Shown here: piece after piece, positions 1 to 14,324 of the stretch
Position numbering within the stretch: position 1 is the stretch's first letter
Layout: each line of letters opens with the position of its first letter
Origin: Paraspadella gotoi
Taxonomy: Eukaryota; Animalia; Chaetognatha
DNA length: 64,000 bases
Direction of reading: 5' to 3'
NCBI GenBank assembly: GCA_051294375.1
Contig: CM119270.1
Coordinates: 4,968,152-5,032,151 of the forward strand
Made by a program: the position numbers and the translations under genes
The notes under the pieces: generated by a model
What the model was told of the DNA's origin: nothing
Database searches by the model: none
Seen by the model: only the letters and a program-made list of their open reading frames with translations

Positions 1-730
1 AACAGAAGAACTCATCTAATTTACCATCTTTCCTTTCCCCTCTTATCCCCTCTCCTCTTTCTAAGGCTACTCCATGAATACAACAGAACAAAGAACACAT
101 CTTTAATTTTACCATCTTCCCTCCCCTCTTTATCCCCTGCTCCTCTTTCTAAGGTCCTCCCTGAATAAAACAAAAACAGATACTCATCTTAATTTACCAG
201 TCTTTCCTTTTCCCACTCTTTATTCCCCTCTCCTAATTCTAGGTTACTCCGTGAATACAACAAGAACAAAGAACACATCTTTAATTTACCATCTTCCCTT
301 CCCTTCTTTATTCCCCTCTCCTCTTTCAAGGGTCCTCCTGTGAATACAACAGAACAAAGAAACACTTCTTAATTACCATCTTTCCCCTTCCCCTCTTTAT
401 CCCTCTCCTTATTCTAAGGTACGTTCCGTAGAATTAACAAAACAAGAACAAAGAACACATCTTAATTTTTACCATCTTTCCCCTCCCCTCTTTATTCCCC
501 TCTCCTCTTTCATAAGTCCTCCTGTGATACAACAAGAACAAAGACACATCTTAATTTACCATCTTTCCCTTCCCCTCTTTTATCCCCTCTCCTCTTTCTA
601 AGAGTCCTCTGTGGAATGCAACAAGAACAAAGAACACATCTTTATTTACCAACTCTTTCCCTTCCCCTCTTTATCCCCTCTCCTCTTTCCAAGGTCCTCC
701 GTGAATACAACAAGAACAAAGAACACATCG
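1..730. repeat. Tandem satellite, ~89-bp unit, ~8 noisy copies
   Basis: The unit GAATACAACAAGAACAAAGAACACATCTTTAATTTACCATCTTTCCCTTCCCCTCTTTATCCCCTCTCCTCTTTCTAAGGTCCTCCGT recurs near 74, 162, 252, 341, 430, 525, 613 and 702. Confidence 0.93.
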
Positions 731-819
731 ACCGACGAGGGAATCCATCCACAATTCGATGGGACGATTACGCGCAGGACGAAGTCGACGACGGACGTCT
801 TCCTTTCAGACATTCGAGA

Positions 820-1310
820 TCATGTCGCCAAAGATCGATCCAAAGCGGAGGCAGTTCGTGAGGATGACCTTCTGACCCTTAAGATTCACTTTGCGCCGCA
901 GTCTCGCTGTGGGTGGGGAGGCGGAGAGAGAAAGAGAGAGAGAGAGAGATCATGTCTCCAAAAGATTCGATCCAAAGCGGAGGCAGTTGTGAGGATGACC
1001 TTCTGACTCTAAGATTCACTTTGCGCCGCAGGTGGGAAGAGAAAACAGGAAAAAGAGAGAAAGATGAGAAGAGAGATTTGTTGCCAAAGATCGATTTCAT
1101 AATTGGAGGCAATTTTGTTAAGGATTGATTTCTGGACCCTTAGATTCATTTTCGCGCCCCCACCGCAAGTGGGCGATGAGCAGAGAGAGAGAGAGAGAGA
1201 AGAAAGAGAGAGAGATATCATGTCTGCCCAAAGATCGATCCAAAGCGGAGGCCAGTTCGTCAGGGTTGACCAGTGACCCTAGATTCACTTTTCGCCGCAG
1301 GTGGGGCAGA
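820..1310. repeat. Tandem repeat of ~130-140 bp, 4 copies separated by (GA)n
   Basis: CATGTCGCCAAAGATCGATCCAAAGCGGAGGCAGTT...AAGATTCACTTTGCGCCGCAG occurs at ~821, ~951, ~1080 (degenerate) and ~1219. Confidence 0.85.
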
Positions 1311-2849
1311 CAATAGATTTTTTGTTCTTAAAATCAAAAATTAAAAATACTTTCCAAGGGTCGCAAATTTGGTACGAGCGCGCTTCCAACCCGCAACCGC
1401 ACGAGCCGGAGACAGCACTCCCGATTCTGTTGCAACGCCCGACCATAGCAGGTCTTGAACCGTATGCGAAGGTTTTTAATCGGACTTAATATTTAATCAA
1501 GGTGTCCCCATGAATGATTTTATTAATAAAGCGAAGGAAGACGTTATATTATTGCACCATAGACTGTCCAGCGAGGTCAACTATGAAACAATTTTTTGAA
1601 AAAGATACAGCGCTAAAAAACGAAACGAATTTCACACATATAATTAGTTGTACCTATTTTAAAAAATTCAGCTACCATCTCTATTTTCATGCCAATGCGG
1701 AGAGAGTACAATATAGAATTCGCCTGATCTAATACTTTTCATATAATTAAAAAATTATTTGAAATATATGCCACTTCATTTGATAGGGATGTTGAGGACC
1801 TGTTGAGAGCTCAGGACCTGCTAAGTCCATTATCTTAAACCTGACTGGCCATTATCGGCTTAAGAGTGATGGAGGCCAAAGTATATAATTTATATGGTTG
1901 TAAGCCAATTTCATTTAAACTTTTGTTTTCTTCTACTATTAGTGCTCGATCTGCGTCGCCGTCATGCCGTTCCTCCGCCCGACACCTCCGCCGTCGGCCC
2001 CGTGATGACAACGGGAATCCGAGCAGGCTGAAACTAACAACCAAAAGAGCAACGTTTCCATATGACAATCATGCTTCCTTTGTTAAATATACGAAAACAC
2101 ACGTTTTGAATACGAAGTGATCATAAATTAAGCTGCGAACGAATATCCCAAACGCGACGGGGATTGAACTGACACAAATATACAGGACGATCCTTTTTTC
2201 CAGCGCTAAGATGATTCTTTTGATTTTCAAATTCAGAAATTACATCGAAACACGGTTATTCCTTCGGGATCGCGCTAGAAAACATGTCGTAATATACATT
2301 TAATGAAAAATCCAATTCTATCTGAGTATGACCGAATTCAAGAAATAACGGAAAGCTATGAATTAAAAACAATTCAAAAATCGTCTTGGTTTTAAAATAT
2401 TTTTTTTGATTAATCTAAGTGAGCAGGTTTAGCAATACTTAGTAAGAGGACGGAGCCAATATGTAGTAAATAAGGTGACGACGGTTAGTTGTTATATCAA
2501 GCTCAATGTCTAGTTCAATATCCACGAGCCGCTGAAGAGTGTTACGTTTACTATACTAACTGGGGAAATATTTAAATCTAAATATAATTGATAAGGGTTG
2601 TTAAAAAACGGACTGTCCTTTTTTTTGAGAGATTCCGTGTTCTAGCCACAAAGAATCCTAACGTTATAGCTTTGTTAAATAAACTTTTTATTCGTAGTGC
2701 CCTTTTGTCTTCCTCGTAGCTTTGTTCCACCTTTCACAATGCAATATCGATTTTGGATCTTGAATAGGCAACGTCAGTAATACTGTAGAGAAAAAGTGGT
2801 TGCCAGCAAGATAATAATTTCAAATTATAAACAACGCAGTAATAATTTA

Positions 2850-2896
2850 AACATAATAAGAATAATGATAATAATAATATTATGTATAATAACGAC

Positions 2897-2931
<35 letters not shown>

Positions 2932-3481
2932 GAATAATAATAAGAATAATAATAAGAAAAATAAGAATAAAATAAGAATTAATAATATTATAATGATAAT
3001 GAATATTGAATCGATGATTTCATAAATTTAATATACAAAGAGGCCGAACAGAGCGTGACAAGTTTCCACTTAAGGTATTGGGCAATATATATTGCTGCTT
3101 GTCTCGTCAAACTTATTTCTCAATAATTCATAATGGTTTTGAAGCTTAAAGTTATCGAATATGATGGGAAAAAATGGGCGAGAGGAGAGGAGCAGGAGGA
3201 GCGAGAGGGAGCGAGAGGGATGCGGGGAGAGCGAGAGGCGAGCGAGAGGGAGCGAGAGGGACGAGAGGGAGAGAGAGGAGCGAGAGGGAGCGAGAGGGAG
3301 CGAGAGGGAGCTGATGAAGGGAGCGGAGAGGGAGCGAGAGGGCGAGAGGGAGCGAGAGGGAGGCGAGAGGGAGCAAACGATGAGGGATAGAGCGAGAAGG
3401 ACGAGAGAGGGGGGGGGAGCGGAGGGAGCGAGAGACGAGCATGTTGGAATAGCTAAAAAGGGGAATAAGAGATTAGAGGAA

Positions 3482-3512
<31 letters not shown>

Positions 3513-3525
3513 CGAGAGAGAGACG
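2850..3525. repeat. (AAT/AAG)n microsatellite followed by a (GAGCGAGAGG)n/(GA)n purine tract
   Basis: Directly visible at 2850-3000 and 3178-3520. Confidence 0.9.
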
Positions 3526-4094
3526 GCCATGGTCAGCGTGGCGTGTACTGAAGACGTCACGCGAGAGACGCCGAAATTCTTCCGTCAATTTTTTGGTTCC
3601 CTTTTAAATTCTCTCGGAGACCAACGACGACGACGCAATGCTGACGAAGATATATAATATGTATATACGGTTTTCACTTCGAAAATAACATAAAGACAAA
3701 AAAAAACGCATTACTTCAAAAGTATAAACTGCTAAAGCTTTAATGCCGTAATCATGATGAATGATGATGATTATAGGATGAAGGTAATAACGACAACGTC
3801 GACGACAGATACATGATAACGACATGGATAACGACATAGAAAACGACCATTTAGATAACGCGACATTTAGAAAAACAACCCATTACAAAAATAATGCATA
3901 AAAACAATGACAAAACATTTATGATACGTGCTGTTATGACGGACGACGACGAACGACGACGACGATTCACCTTAAATTGGCGCAACAGTCGCTGCGCCTT
4001 ACGTAAACTCCTAATTAATCCAATCGAGTGATAGAAAAGAAAAAAAAACACTCGTCCCTTCAGATAAGGAATTGGGTTGCTGACGTCGTGGGTG

Positions 4095-4330
4095 CCTGGC
4101 GTCTAGTATGCTAGGCGTCAGATATTAGTGTCAGCTGCAGACGTCAGTTGCTTTGGCGTCAGATATGGTCGTCAAATGCTGGCCGTCAGATATTAGAGTC
4201 AAGTTTGCTGGCGTCAGATAATGCGCGTCAAATGGCTCTCGTCAGATATTGGCTCAGATCCATGGCCAACAGATGCTGACATCAGATGCTGGCCGTCAGT
4301 ATGCTGGAGTCAAGTGCCCTTCGGCGACAT
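4095..4330. repeat. Degenerate minisatellite with core GCTGGCGTCAGAT
   Basis: About 8 copies of GGCGTCAGAT-like cores at roughly 25-30 bp spacing. Confidence 0.75.
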
Positions 4331-5676
4331 ACATGACAATTGGAAATGCCATGACGCAAATTGTATGTGTTGGTTATTTCCCTTGAAAGTAGCAAAATCT
4401 AGCATATATGCAATGACTGGCATGTCTGTCATATGACTGGCATGTCTGTCAATGATTGGAGATGATACTAGCAAGAACAGGTGGGGCTGGGCGTGATTAC
4501 AGGATGGAATATTGTCCCATGCGTTTTGCCTGGCATTGTGTGCGAGCGACTGACTGGAAATCTTCATGCCGGAAAAATCTTTGAAAACCTTGGAGTCGCG
4601 TGAACGCACTGCGGAGGTTCGCGATTTAAGTGAACGACGCGCGGCCGTTGGAAGAGAAGCGCGCTGGGTTACGCTACGCGGTGCTGCGTTTAAAGACGTC
4701 TGCGCTTGTTGTGATTGGTGACATATGTACAATTGTACATATATCCTTTATGCACAACATCCATCGCACTGCCGCGTAGCGTGGCTCTCGAAAATATTAA
4801 ACCCCGTGTGCGAGCTTATCAGTAAAGCATGGTCGGAGCGGCGCGGTGTATTGTAAATATGCACAATCTTAGGCTTAGAGACGAAAAAAAAGGGGTGAAA
4901 AAAAGAAAGAAAATAAAAAGGAAAAACCAATCGATTTCTTCGCTGAGATGGAATCGGACAGAAAAATTAACACCTAATGCCTTTTTTTTTTTATCTCGAT
5001 CAATCTGGAAGAAAAACGCCTAGCATTTCTCCTTGAAAGGTCTTGCTGGGCGTCTCTCGGATTTTGTTATTTCATGATTTCTATAAGATTACTAATTCAT
5101 CTGAATTCAATATATGAAATTGGGTACAACCAAAATAAAAATAAAATTAAAAAAACTAAATAAATAAAAAAATATAATTATGACTGGAACTAATAGGTAG
5201 TTTTATTTAAAAATGGATAATTTTCATATTGGTCGTACCAAATTTCATATGCTGGTTATATTTTCTGTCTATATTAGTTATTTCGGTTGTAAAAAACTTC
5301 AAACTCGTATATATCAGTGAGCGTTTTTGGGGAAATAAAAATTTCCTAGTTTAAAAAAGAAGTAAAAAAAAAAATTTTCCAGACTTTCCAGTTCAATCAA
5401 AAAATTTGCGAGAAATTTTCCCCCCCCCTCCCACTTGCTCCCCCCTCACTCCCGGGGGAACATTTTTTTTCCTTCCCGACGCATATGTGAGGGGCCGGAG
5501 TGGAAAGTAATAGCGGGCGGGGCCGTTGGTAAACGGAAACTGGTGGCGAGTAATTCACCGTCATTCAATCATCGATTAGGTCATCGTCAACAGTCGTCAT
5601 TCGTTCGTCGAAAGTTTTCGTCGTTAGTCAAGTCTATTTAAACATTATTAACATTTTAACATTTAACAATTTATAG

Positions 5677-6590
5677 TTGGGTCGGGTTGGGTCAGGAAGG
5701 GAGAGAAAAGGTTGGCAAGTTTCCACTTCCCGATTTTTGATTAAACTGAATTGATACAGTATTTTATCTTTTTAAATGATACAGTATTTTATCTTTTTAA
5801 ATGATACAGTATTTGATATTTTTTTCTTGCCAGATATTTTCGCTTATACTACAAGTGGTAGCTCGGAAATTTAGCTGCGTTGCTAGTTTATGTGACAGTA
5901 CTACCCTGGCACACTTCTGCTTCTATGACTATGGATCTCACATATATTTAAAACGAATTACGCTTCGCGAATTTTAAAATAAAATGGATGTTAGATTAAC
6001 TTCTTTCATTATCCGTCTATGCAAACCACAGAGTACATAGTAGCTATGAGAACGGTACTTGATAAAGTTCCCGTCTTTTCGTTTACTATTTCCCTTACAT
6101 CCAAGAGATTGAAACTCACGAATTTGGAAGTGTAGGCCACCAACTTCCCCAGATAAACTCCTTCGTCCACAAAAGGGTTTTGAATTTTGATTCTCTTCAT
6201 GGAACAAGAGCGAGCGGCCAAGAGAGCGATAAAGACGCAGTCAGATGCCGAGCCCTGGAACAGACATTCGCTACATTTAAGTACCTTTAACGGAAGAAGG
6301 GTTAAACATGGGTACATACATAGATACAAGTATCATACATTCACAGATGTATATAGAAAAATTTAAATTTTGAAAGTTGAAGAATTTCGTAGTACTAGTT
6401 CAGCTTTTCCAGTTTTTTAATTTTTTTTTATTTTTTGAAAGATAAATACGGAGCAATGAACAATAAATAATTAAAAAAATGTTTTAATAATTGATGAATA
6501 TCCCGCTCCCTTTAAAAACCGGCGGAAGAAGGCAAAACCTCGCGGGGAGATTTCCTAATCATTTTTACCTGAAAACAAACAACAATTCTA
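5677..6590 (-). pseudogene. Duplicated ~910-bp fragment of the decarboxylase gene (two exons plus introns)
   Basis: Direct repeat of ~15283-16225. It contains a clean GT-AG exon at 6120-6254 encoding GSASDCVFIALLAARSCSMKRIKIQNPFVDEGVYLGKLVAYTSKF, and an indel-damaged exon at ~6493-6569 (GKMI..LP.E.LPSSAGFKGGG.IQ). Confidence 0.8.
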
Positions 6591-8811
6591 AATCGATTTA
6601 TAATTACTGAGCGAGGGGCGAGGTCTTCGGCTCGAGCGCGAATAATCAGCGTTTTCGTTCGATTTCCGCTTCAAAAATATTTAATCAAAGTCTATAGTAA
6701 GCCACCTCGCAAGTGTCGACAATGGGCTCATCTCTCCGACCACCGCGCTGCGCCTCTTGCGCGAAGCACGATAGGGGAGCCGAGGAAATATTTTACATTT
6801 TGTAGTCATTGAAGGGGTTTCAATTAAAGGAGACACGGTTATGTGCTTTTTTTTTAATGTTTTCTTTTTCCTACTGCCGTTCTATATTAAACAGAAGGAG
6901 TTGAATTATGGTGATTGTGAGATAGGATGAGAGTGATATAGACGTGTATTAGTTTGTTGGCTTAAATGTCGTATGATAAAGATGAAGATGAGGGGCTTGT
7001 TTAAAGTTAGAGTGTAGGGAAGAGAGCTTGTGCTTGCTTATTGTAAGCGAAGAGATCAAGATAAACTGGTTTTTTCAGTTGTATTTATATAAACGCTGTG
7101 TCTACTGAGATAAAGGGATTTCAAGTTAATCAGGATGTTAGATAGGTTTGTTTGAACTTTAACTTTGTTGGGGGGAGACGGAATGACTTTATGAATATAA
7201 TATTAATCAAAAGAGTATTCCAAATAATGATTTTTCTTGCGTAATCGCTTTAACTCTTTGTTTATGCCTCGCGGGAGTATTGATTTGCCGGGATACCTGT
7301 AAGTTTTTTGGGTTTTTTACGCGTTGGGCCCAACGGGCCCCCTTTTCGGGGAGCCTCATGTCATGGTGTGGCTCGCGATTTTTGTTGAGCCGATCGCTTT
7401 GGATGATCAACTGGGACAGCGATCGGGTCAGATCCCTTTCGGGTTTTATAGCAATGGGCGGTTGCACATCGTTTACAGGCTTTTGGCAAGAAATATAATT
7501 TTTTTTCTTTACTCATTATACAAAGAGTGTTATTTTTGTAGATTTTGCCACTTAGAATAATCTTCCGAGATTCTTACTCAGTACCCATCGAAAGTAAGAA
7601 TAGATAAAGACAGTTCGTTTCGCGCGAGGGGGATGCGAGGATCCGGGGTTTTCCAGGCTTTTTTTTTTTGGTCACCTCTTACTTCCGCTGACCCGACCCA
7701 AATTAATATTATCAATCTGCTTAGTCTTCACCGCGCGCGCGCGCTCTTCGCGCGAAAGCCGTGCGGTGGCGCACTCAAGAAATTCGGCCTCTCCCCTTGA
7801 TACTGGTACCCGCCCTACCTGCGACCAAAGTGGACTAGGTTCTCTCGGCGTTTTCTGCTCATCCCGTACTTGAACTTACTCGTTCTTCCAGAACTACGAT
7901 CACGCTCACGCTCGTTCCACAAATCAGAATCAGATTCTTCTACTTCGTCTTACATCAGGGTACTCTACACACTCTCTCTCTCTCACACACTTCTCCAAGC
8001 TATCGCTTGTCTAATTCTCAATCTGCTTCACTCATCTTCTTTCAGCTCTATCCTCCGCTAGTGCCAGTCTTACTCTCACTCTCTTCTTTTAATGCTAAGA
8101 GATCACTATGCGTTGTCTTCCTGTTTCGTGGTGGAGCCACTCGAAAAATTTATGTGTTTTAATTGAATCAAGAGAAATCTTGACTGTTGTCTGCTCCGCG
8201 GCTATCTCTCTTACACACGGCCCTCGAATCGCAGGGTATAAGCTTTACGCACCGCACACACAGAGGCCATGCGACGCAGTGCCGCACGCGCTCTCCACTC
8301 ACGCACGCAGGTGTTGTGATTTTACGTAGTTTTATAAAATTCCGGTCCCCCACGCCGATCTTTTTCCTTTTTTTTAACGGAAATATAATAATGTAGATTG
8401 TTACGTTATAGCTACTTTAATGTTATTTTTTAGAAAATATTGGATGTTTTCGGTAAAGACTGGGGCGTTTTGACGGGAGTACGACTAAAGTTATAAACAG
8501 GTGGATATAGTTTTCAAGAATATTGGCCGAATGAACTACTGAGGACGCTCTCAAGTCTAATTCATGCCGAGAAGATCCTTAGATGCGAGGGCCTCCAAAG
8601 TTGGCCATGGGGTGGCGCTCGTGCCGCGCGAATGGCCATCGCGAATTATGACGCCATTTGAATTGTTTCTTGAGGAGCCGTTCTTATCGCCTGGACTTCG
8701 GGCGAAGTCTGCCGAATCGAATTCACTGCCGTCTAGGCTTTTCGTCAAGGTATAAGAAAGAAAATGGACATTGTTTCGATTCTAATTCAGGTCTTCATTC
8801 AAGGTTATTTT

Positions 8812-9350
8812 AAATTAGGGTGGGGGGTAATTAGGGTGGGGTGTAATTAGGGTGGGGGTAATTTAAGGGGTCTGGGATAAATTATGCGGTTGGGGTTAAA
8901 TTAGGGTGGGAAAAATTAGTGGTGGGCGGTAATTAGGGGTTGGGGTAAATTGGGGTTAGGGTAAATAGGGTAAGGTACAATTAGGGTTGGGTAAATTAGG
9001 GGTTGGGGTAAAATTAGAGTGGTGGGTAACTTAGGTGGGGGTAACTAGGGTGGGGGTAATTAGGTTGGAAACAAATTAGGGTGGGGTAATTAGGGTTGGG
9101 GTTAAATTAGGGTTGGGGTAATAGGGTTAGAGGTAAATAGGGTTAAGGGTGAAATTAGCGGTATGGGGGTAAATTAGGGTTGGGGGTAAATTAAGGTTTG
9201 GGGGTTAAATTAGGGGTTGAGGGAAATTAGGAGTTGAAGTAATTAGGGGTTGCGGTAACAGTTAGGGTTGGGGAGGAGTAATTAAGGGGGTTGGGGGGTA
9301 AGTTAAGGGTAAGTTAAGGTAATAGATAAATTAGGGTAGGGGTAGTTAAA
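8812..9350 (+). repeat. G-rich TTAGGG-containing minisatellite, (TAAATTAGGGTTGGGG)n
   Basis: Roughly 30 degenerate copies of a 14-16 bp unit. Confidence 0.9.
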
Positions 9351-10393
9351 ATTGTTTTAGCTTAAATATATTATAATTAAATTAATTTTATAAAGTAACT
9401 ATATAAGATTAATTATCTTTTTTCATTAGATTTTGCAATGGTGTTTTTTTGAGCGGTTTTTAGAATATTGGTCCCATGTACGCCCGCTTTGCCGCGCACA
9501 ACCACTCTTCCATTGTTGCCCGTCTGCGGCCAGAGAGGGACGAGAGATACTGAGGCCGTCGGTCTAGTAAGGCGGCGCACTGTCAAGTTTTGCAAGAACA
9601 ATGGGAGAGAGATAGTCCGACTGCGTTCTCAGCAAATATACTTGATGGCGGACGTAGTTAGTGTGAGACGGTAAAACTGAGGTAGGAGGGCAATATAGTT
9701 GCAGAAGTTTTGGTAGTAAATATACTTCATTACTTTTATCTTGCCAGACTTTATTATTGCTTTTTTTTGTGGATAATCGATTTCAAGCGATGGATCATTG
9801 TGATTTTAAGATTTTTTCCATTTTTATTTAGGACATCTGGCTGATATAAATTTATATTCTCATAATTTGTTATTCTCCGTTATCATTCAAATGTTTTATT
9901 TCATCTTTTCAGACATGTTCCTGTATTTTTTTTAATCCTATTAAAAATCAGTGGTTGTGTTTTTTTAAAATTTTTTAAATTTTCTTATAATATTAGTCAT
10001 TATTTTTGTGTATTAGGCATTTGACAATATAATCTTTATTTTTATATATGATGTTTTGGGGAGGCTGGGTGACTGTTTCGATTGGAGGCCAGAAGAAGAT
10101 GATGGAGAAGGCGGACTTCACAGGTGAATTCATTTTGAATGATATATCAATATTAAAAAATTTTTAACTGAACTGATATTAATATGTGGTGGTTGGGAGT
10201 GGCATCAAAATTTTTATTTAAGAATTATAATTAGATAAAGAGCTACTAAGCATTGTAAGTAATAAGATTGTCAATTCTAATAAAATAAGATTTATATTGT
10301 AATTGATAACGAATCTTGCTAATTTTATTTAACATTGAATTGAATTGAATAATTCTTGGTTAAATTTTTTTTTTTTATTAATATTTCCTAACA

Positions 10394-10535
10394 GGATCGC
10401 AGCTGCAAAATAGACGCGGGATGATACGGCAGCAAAAAGAAGCGGCGGGATGAATCGCAAGAAGAATAAAGAAAGCGGGGTCATTCAGCAGCAAAAAGAC
10501 GCGGGGATGATTGCAGCAAAAAGATTGCGGGGTAT
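10394..10535. repeat. Short minisatellite (GCAGCAAAAAGACGCGGGATGA..), ~5 copies
   Basis: Visible tandem copies. Confidence 0.75.
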
Positions 10536-11242
10536 AATTTCTGGCAGGATTTTGCATGATTTAGTATAGTGTGGGAGATGATTCATTAATAAATGGCTTG
10601 TACTGATATTCTTTTATGAACTGGTCTGATAGAATAGATTTGATTTTAATTATTATGATAAGAGCTTTAATCATTTAAAATACTTTTATTATTTGATCAT
10701 TTATAAGTAGAGCAGGGTTATGGCATAATAAGATTCACCGGTTTTTTTTTATTTAATAAGGGCTACCTTTATTCCTAAGTTTACTGGAGCTAATTGAAAA
10801 TACAATTACTAGGGATCCAAGCTCTGCATCTTCTCATGTTCGGTTGAGGTCCATCAAGTGGCCGAACATGAGACCTCAGGTCATTAGGTCTCGTCGTCCC
10901 GGGTCAGACGGTCATGGGTAGCTACAAGAGAACACATTAACTTACATACCGTACATCGTTTTGTCTATTGCTCTGTTATTATCGTTAATTTATTTACGCT
11001 TTTTATTATCTTGGGGGTTATTGCTCGCAATAGATGGTTTACAATTAATGTCGTGGTCTCAGCACATTACAAAGAAAAGCTATTATAGAGTTGAACATTC
11101 AGAATTCATTGGGATCTGGATCTTGCTAGAATTTGCAGAGCTAGCATTTTTGGGTTTTTATTGATTTACTTTTACTTACCATTATGTTAAGATACTTGTA
11201 GCATATGGTGGAGCTAAATCCACAGCCGTTTCATTATGACAG

Positions 11243-11418
11243 CGTGGTGCGCATTGTGTGGGAGGGGAAGTCATTCGCCATCCAACCCAAAGGTCCGGGG
11301 TTTGCCCGGTGGTCGCTCGCAGTTTATGAGGGACGGGGCGCCTTAAACCGCCTGTAAACGGTGTTAGACCTGAATCCGAAGCTCAGGGACTGCTTATATT
11401 GAATGGTTTGTCTTAACC
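11243..11418 (+). mobile_element. tRNA-derived SINE-like repeat, copy 1
   Basis: Shares ~150 bp with 20745-20915. The head has A-box-like GTGGTGC and B-box-like GGTCCGGGGTT(C)TTGCCCGG sequence. Confidence 0.6.
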
Positions 11419-14324
11419 TTCATTATTATACTTTTCTTTCACATGAAACAACTTTTTAAGTTAAAATAAAGATGGGACAGGGGACATTGGTTCTACGTAT
11501 ACTCGAGATCAGCTGCACTCGCCACAAAAAATAATTTAAACAATACTTATTTTAAGAAAAATTTAAATAAATCATTAATAATAGTTAATTATAAACGCTT
11601 TACCCCAATTAGTATTAATTATATCTCCCTTATTAGTTGTTTTAAGTATCATTTACTCATCTCTTTTACATATCTCGTTTCCTTATAATGAATTTTCTTT
11701 CGTTATCAGCTCGTAATTTTCCGTTTATTTCTAATTGGCCCGTGGATGAGGTTTCGGCTTTTACGTTGTTTTCGAGTCGGACTAAGGGACAATTTCGTTT
11801 TAATATGTAGTTATTAAATCTATGATTAAATCATTTTCGGCTATCGTTTGCGAAGAAAGTTGATCCTTGGAAGGCGTATTGTCGTACGTTTTTTGCCCAT
11901 AATTTTGAACGCGAGGACGATTTTCCTTGAAAACTTTATATGAAGAAATAAGAAAATGTGTATTTTTCTGTAGCGCTCGATTTCGATATTTGGTACGATG
12001 AGTGGAATTAAACGTCTAATTTCTGAAATAAGTTTATTAAATCAGGTCCACGGTTCATAGTTATGGGGAAAATGACGAAAATAAGCGGCATTACGTGGGA
12101 GTCAACTTTGTCGCAGTCCCACGAGCGAAAGTTGGTTAACATTAAGATTTCTGAACTACGTAGTTCTAATCTTTAGTCGCGACCGGGATCGACGGTAAAG
12201 CGAGATCCTGTTCGGGCTAGAATGAGAAATAAGCGGAAAACTACGGAGACTGAGCGGAGGGAGAGTAATTTTGTATTATAGAACAGATTTATAGAGGAAA
12301 TGGTGAATACTGGTTATCTACTTAATAATATTGATGATATTTAATAAATTGGATTTACATTGGGTGACACGACTTTCGAGTGAGGCACCCCTTTGAAGTT
12401 ATTGCCGTTTATAATTTAAGTCCTCATTAATAAATAACTATTTTTTCACAATGGTTTATGTTCTAGTATCATCAACAACCGCGAGCAAGGAGGGCTGCCT
12501 AAGCTCATAACTACATTTACTCAAAGGTCGGGTTAACGTGAAACTTTGAACTACTTTTAACATTCTTCCTATTGTTTATACGTTTTCGTTGATTATTCTT
12601 ATCATGTCTCAATTTAATTAAAAAAAAACTCTGCCAATCCTAAAGTCGATTCCTAAACTTGTGACACCATCTTGCCTTTATTTCGCAGCTTCTGCGTGGT
12701 TACTGTGTGAAAAATTATTCGTCTCAACGATAATTCAACATGGGGATTATTCCAGAACAAGCAGAGTTGGACGCGGCAAACTTCTGATGAACTTGCTACG
12801 GGCGTTGGGCACCGGACTTTTCTAGCAACACGCGTCACCCGGTCCGTCCACGTGGGAAGTGTTGGAAGCCACATGAAACTTGAAAGGCATTCTTCAACAG
12901 GGAGACCTGACTCTTCAAAGCTGTCTAAGAGGGTAGATTGAGATTGGGCTTTGAGAGGCTGCAGCCAGAATGTTGTTATAGGGTGGGGAAAGATAGAGGA
13001 AGAGAGGGAAAGAGGTGGATGTAGAGAGGGAGAAGGGAGGATGAGGAAGGGAGGTGCAGGTGGCTGGGCCTGGTCCACTCATCAGAGAAGCGCCTCATAG
13101 GTACGTTGACGTTCTCAGCTTATTTTTTACATCGGACGAGATTTTGTGGTTGTTGTACTGTTGTTTTTTTGCTTTTTTATGGATCTCAGTACGGCAAAAA
13201 ATGAAAAAAACGTTGTTTAGTGTGATTATTCAGAAGATCGGAGCGTGAGTAGTGGAAATAATGTTAAACTATTTTGCTAAATTTATCACAACAAAAAAGA
13301 AAGGATTACAATCAAGATTTTCATTTAAAACTTACGAACTACAATAACAGCTCTACCCTAATCTGACAACTTAACCGAATTGTACCGTTTAAAAATTTCA
13401 TCAAAATAGTAAGGCAATTAAAAAATACCGAATTTAAAACATAGTTATTCTTGAAACTGAAGACAGAGCAGCCTAGACTCATGATCGCCAGTCGTCCGCC
13501 GCGATCGGGTTGGTGCGCGGGTGATGAGCGGGGAAGAGTGCTTGGTGGTCGGAGGAGCTTCTGGCGTGTTTCGCATGATGAGTCGGGGGTCTTGGGAAGG
13601 CGGTCAACGGGCGGCGTCGTCGTGTTGGAATAGAATGGAGGCATGAGAGCAAAAATTTGATATTTGATATGATCGAACAAGGTTTTAGCGTAGAGATGTA
13701 TATGAATTAATATAGGGAACAAAAATATTTTTTTGTTTTCATTTGTCTCGGGAAAGTATAAGTTGTAAAGTTTAATAAATACATTAATTTGTGTAATTTC
13801 TATAATTTAATTTTAAAATATATATTTTTATATGATTCAGATTTTTTATAAAAAAGTTGAATAAAATATATAACATGTATTTAAAATTCTGGTCATCTTC
13901 AGATTTAGGGAAACGATAATTTTACTTTTTTAAGTCTCTGTAATAGAAATTATAGTTTTATATGTTAAGAAGTTTGTAAGTCGATGTTTTTGGGCAATCT
14001 TAACATTTAAAGATATCATATAATTTGTTAAATTGTTTGTTAGTTTTTTTACGGCGATACAAATGTTTAAAATAAAATTTTGAATTTAATAATTTTAGGA
14101 TATTACTAATGAATATTAGTGATTTACTATAATGTTGAAATTATGTTATGCTAAAATAGAAATTTTTTACAAAGGTTGTAAAGATTTGTTAATTAAATAT
14201 CATAAGGCAGAAAAAGAAATAACGTTTCAGTCACATCAATTTTTCATGTAACGCTGAAATGCAGGAAACTGTGCCCTTTAACTGTAATTTATTTAAACTG
14301 AATTTAAGTCTTTACATAATTTAT

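Noticed and set aside
1-1310. Regularly spaced repeats resembling a CRISPR array
   Set aside because: Whole units repeat with no unique spacers, there are no cas genes, and the context is eukaryotic.
8812-9350. True telomere
   Set aside because: It is internal to the contig, and the unit is a 14-16 bp degenerate repeat, not pure (TTAGG)n or (TTAGGG)n.
11700-12282. Helitron with 5' TCTATAATAC end on the minus strand
   Set aside because: No convincing 3' hairpin plus CTRR terminus or A/T insertion site was identified.
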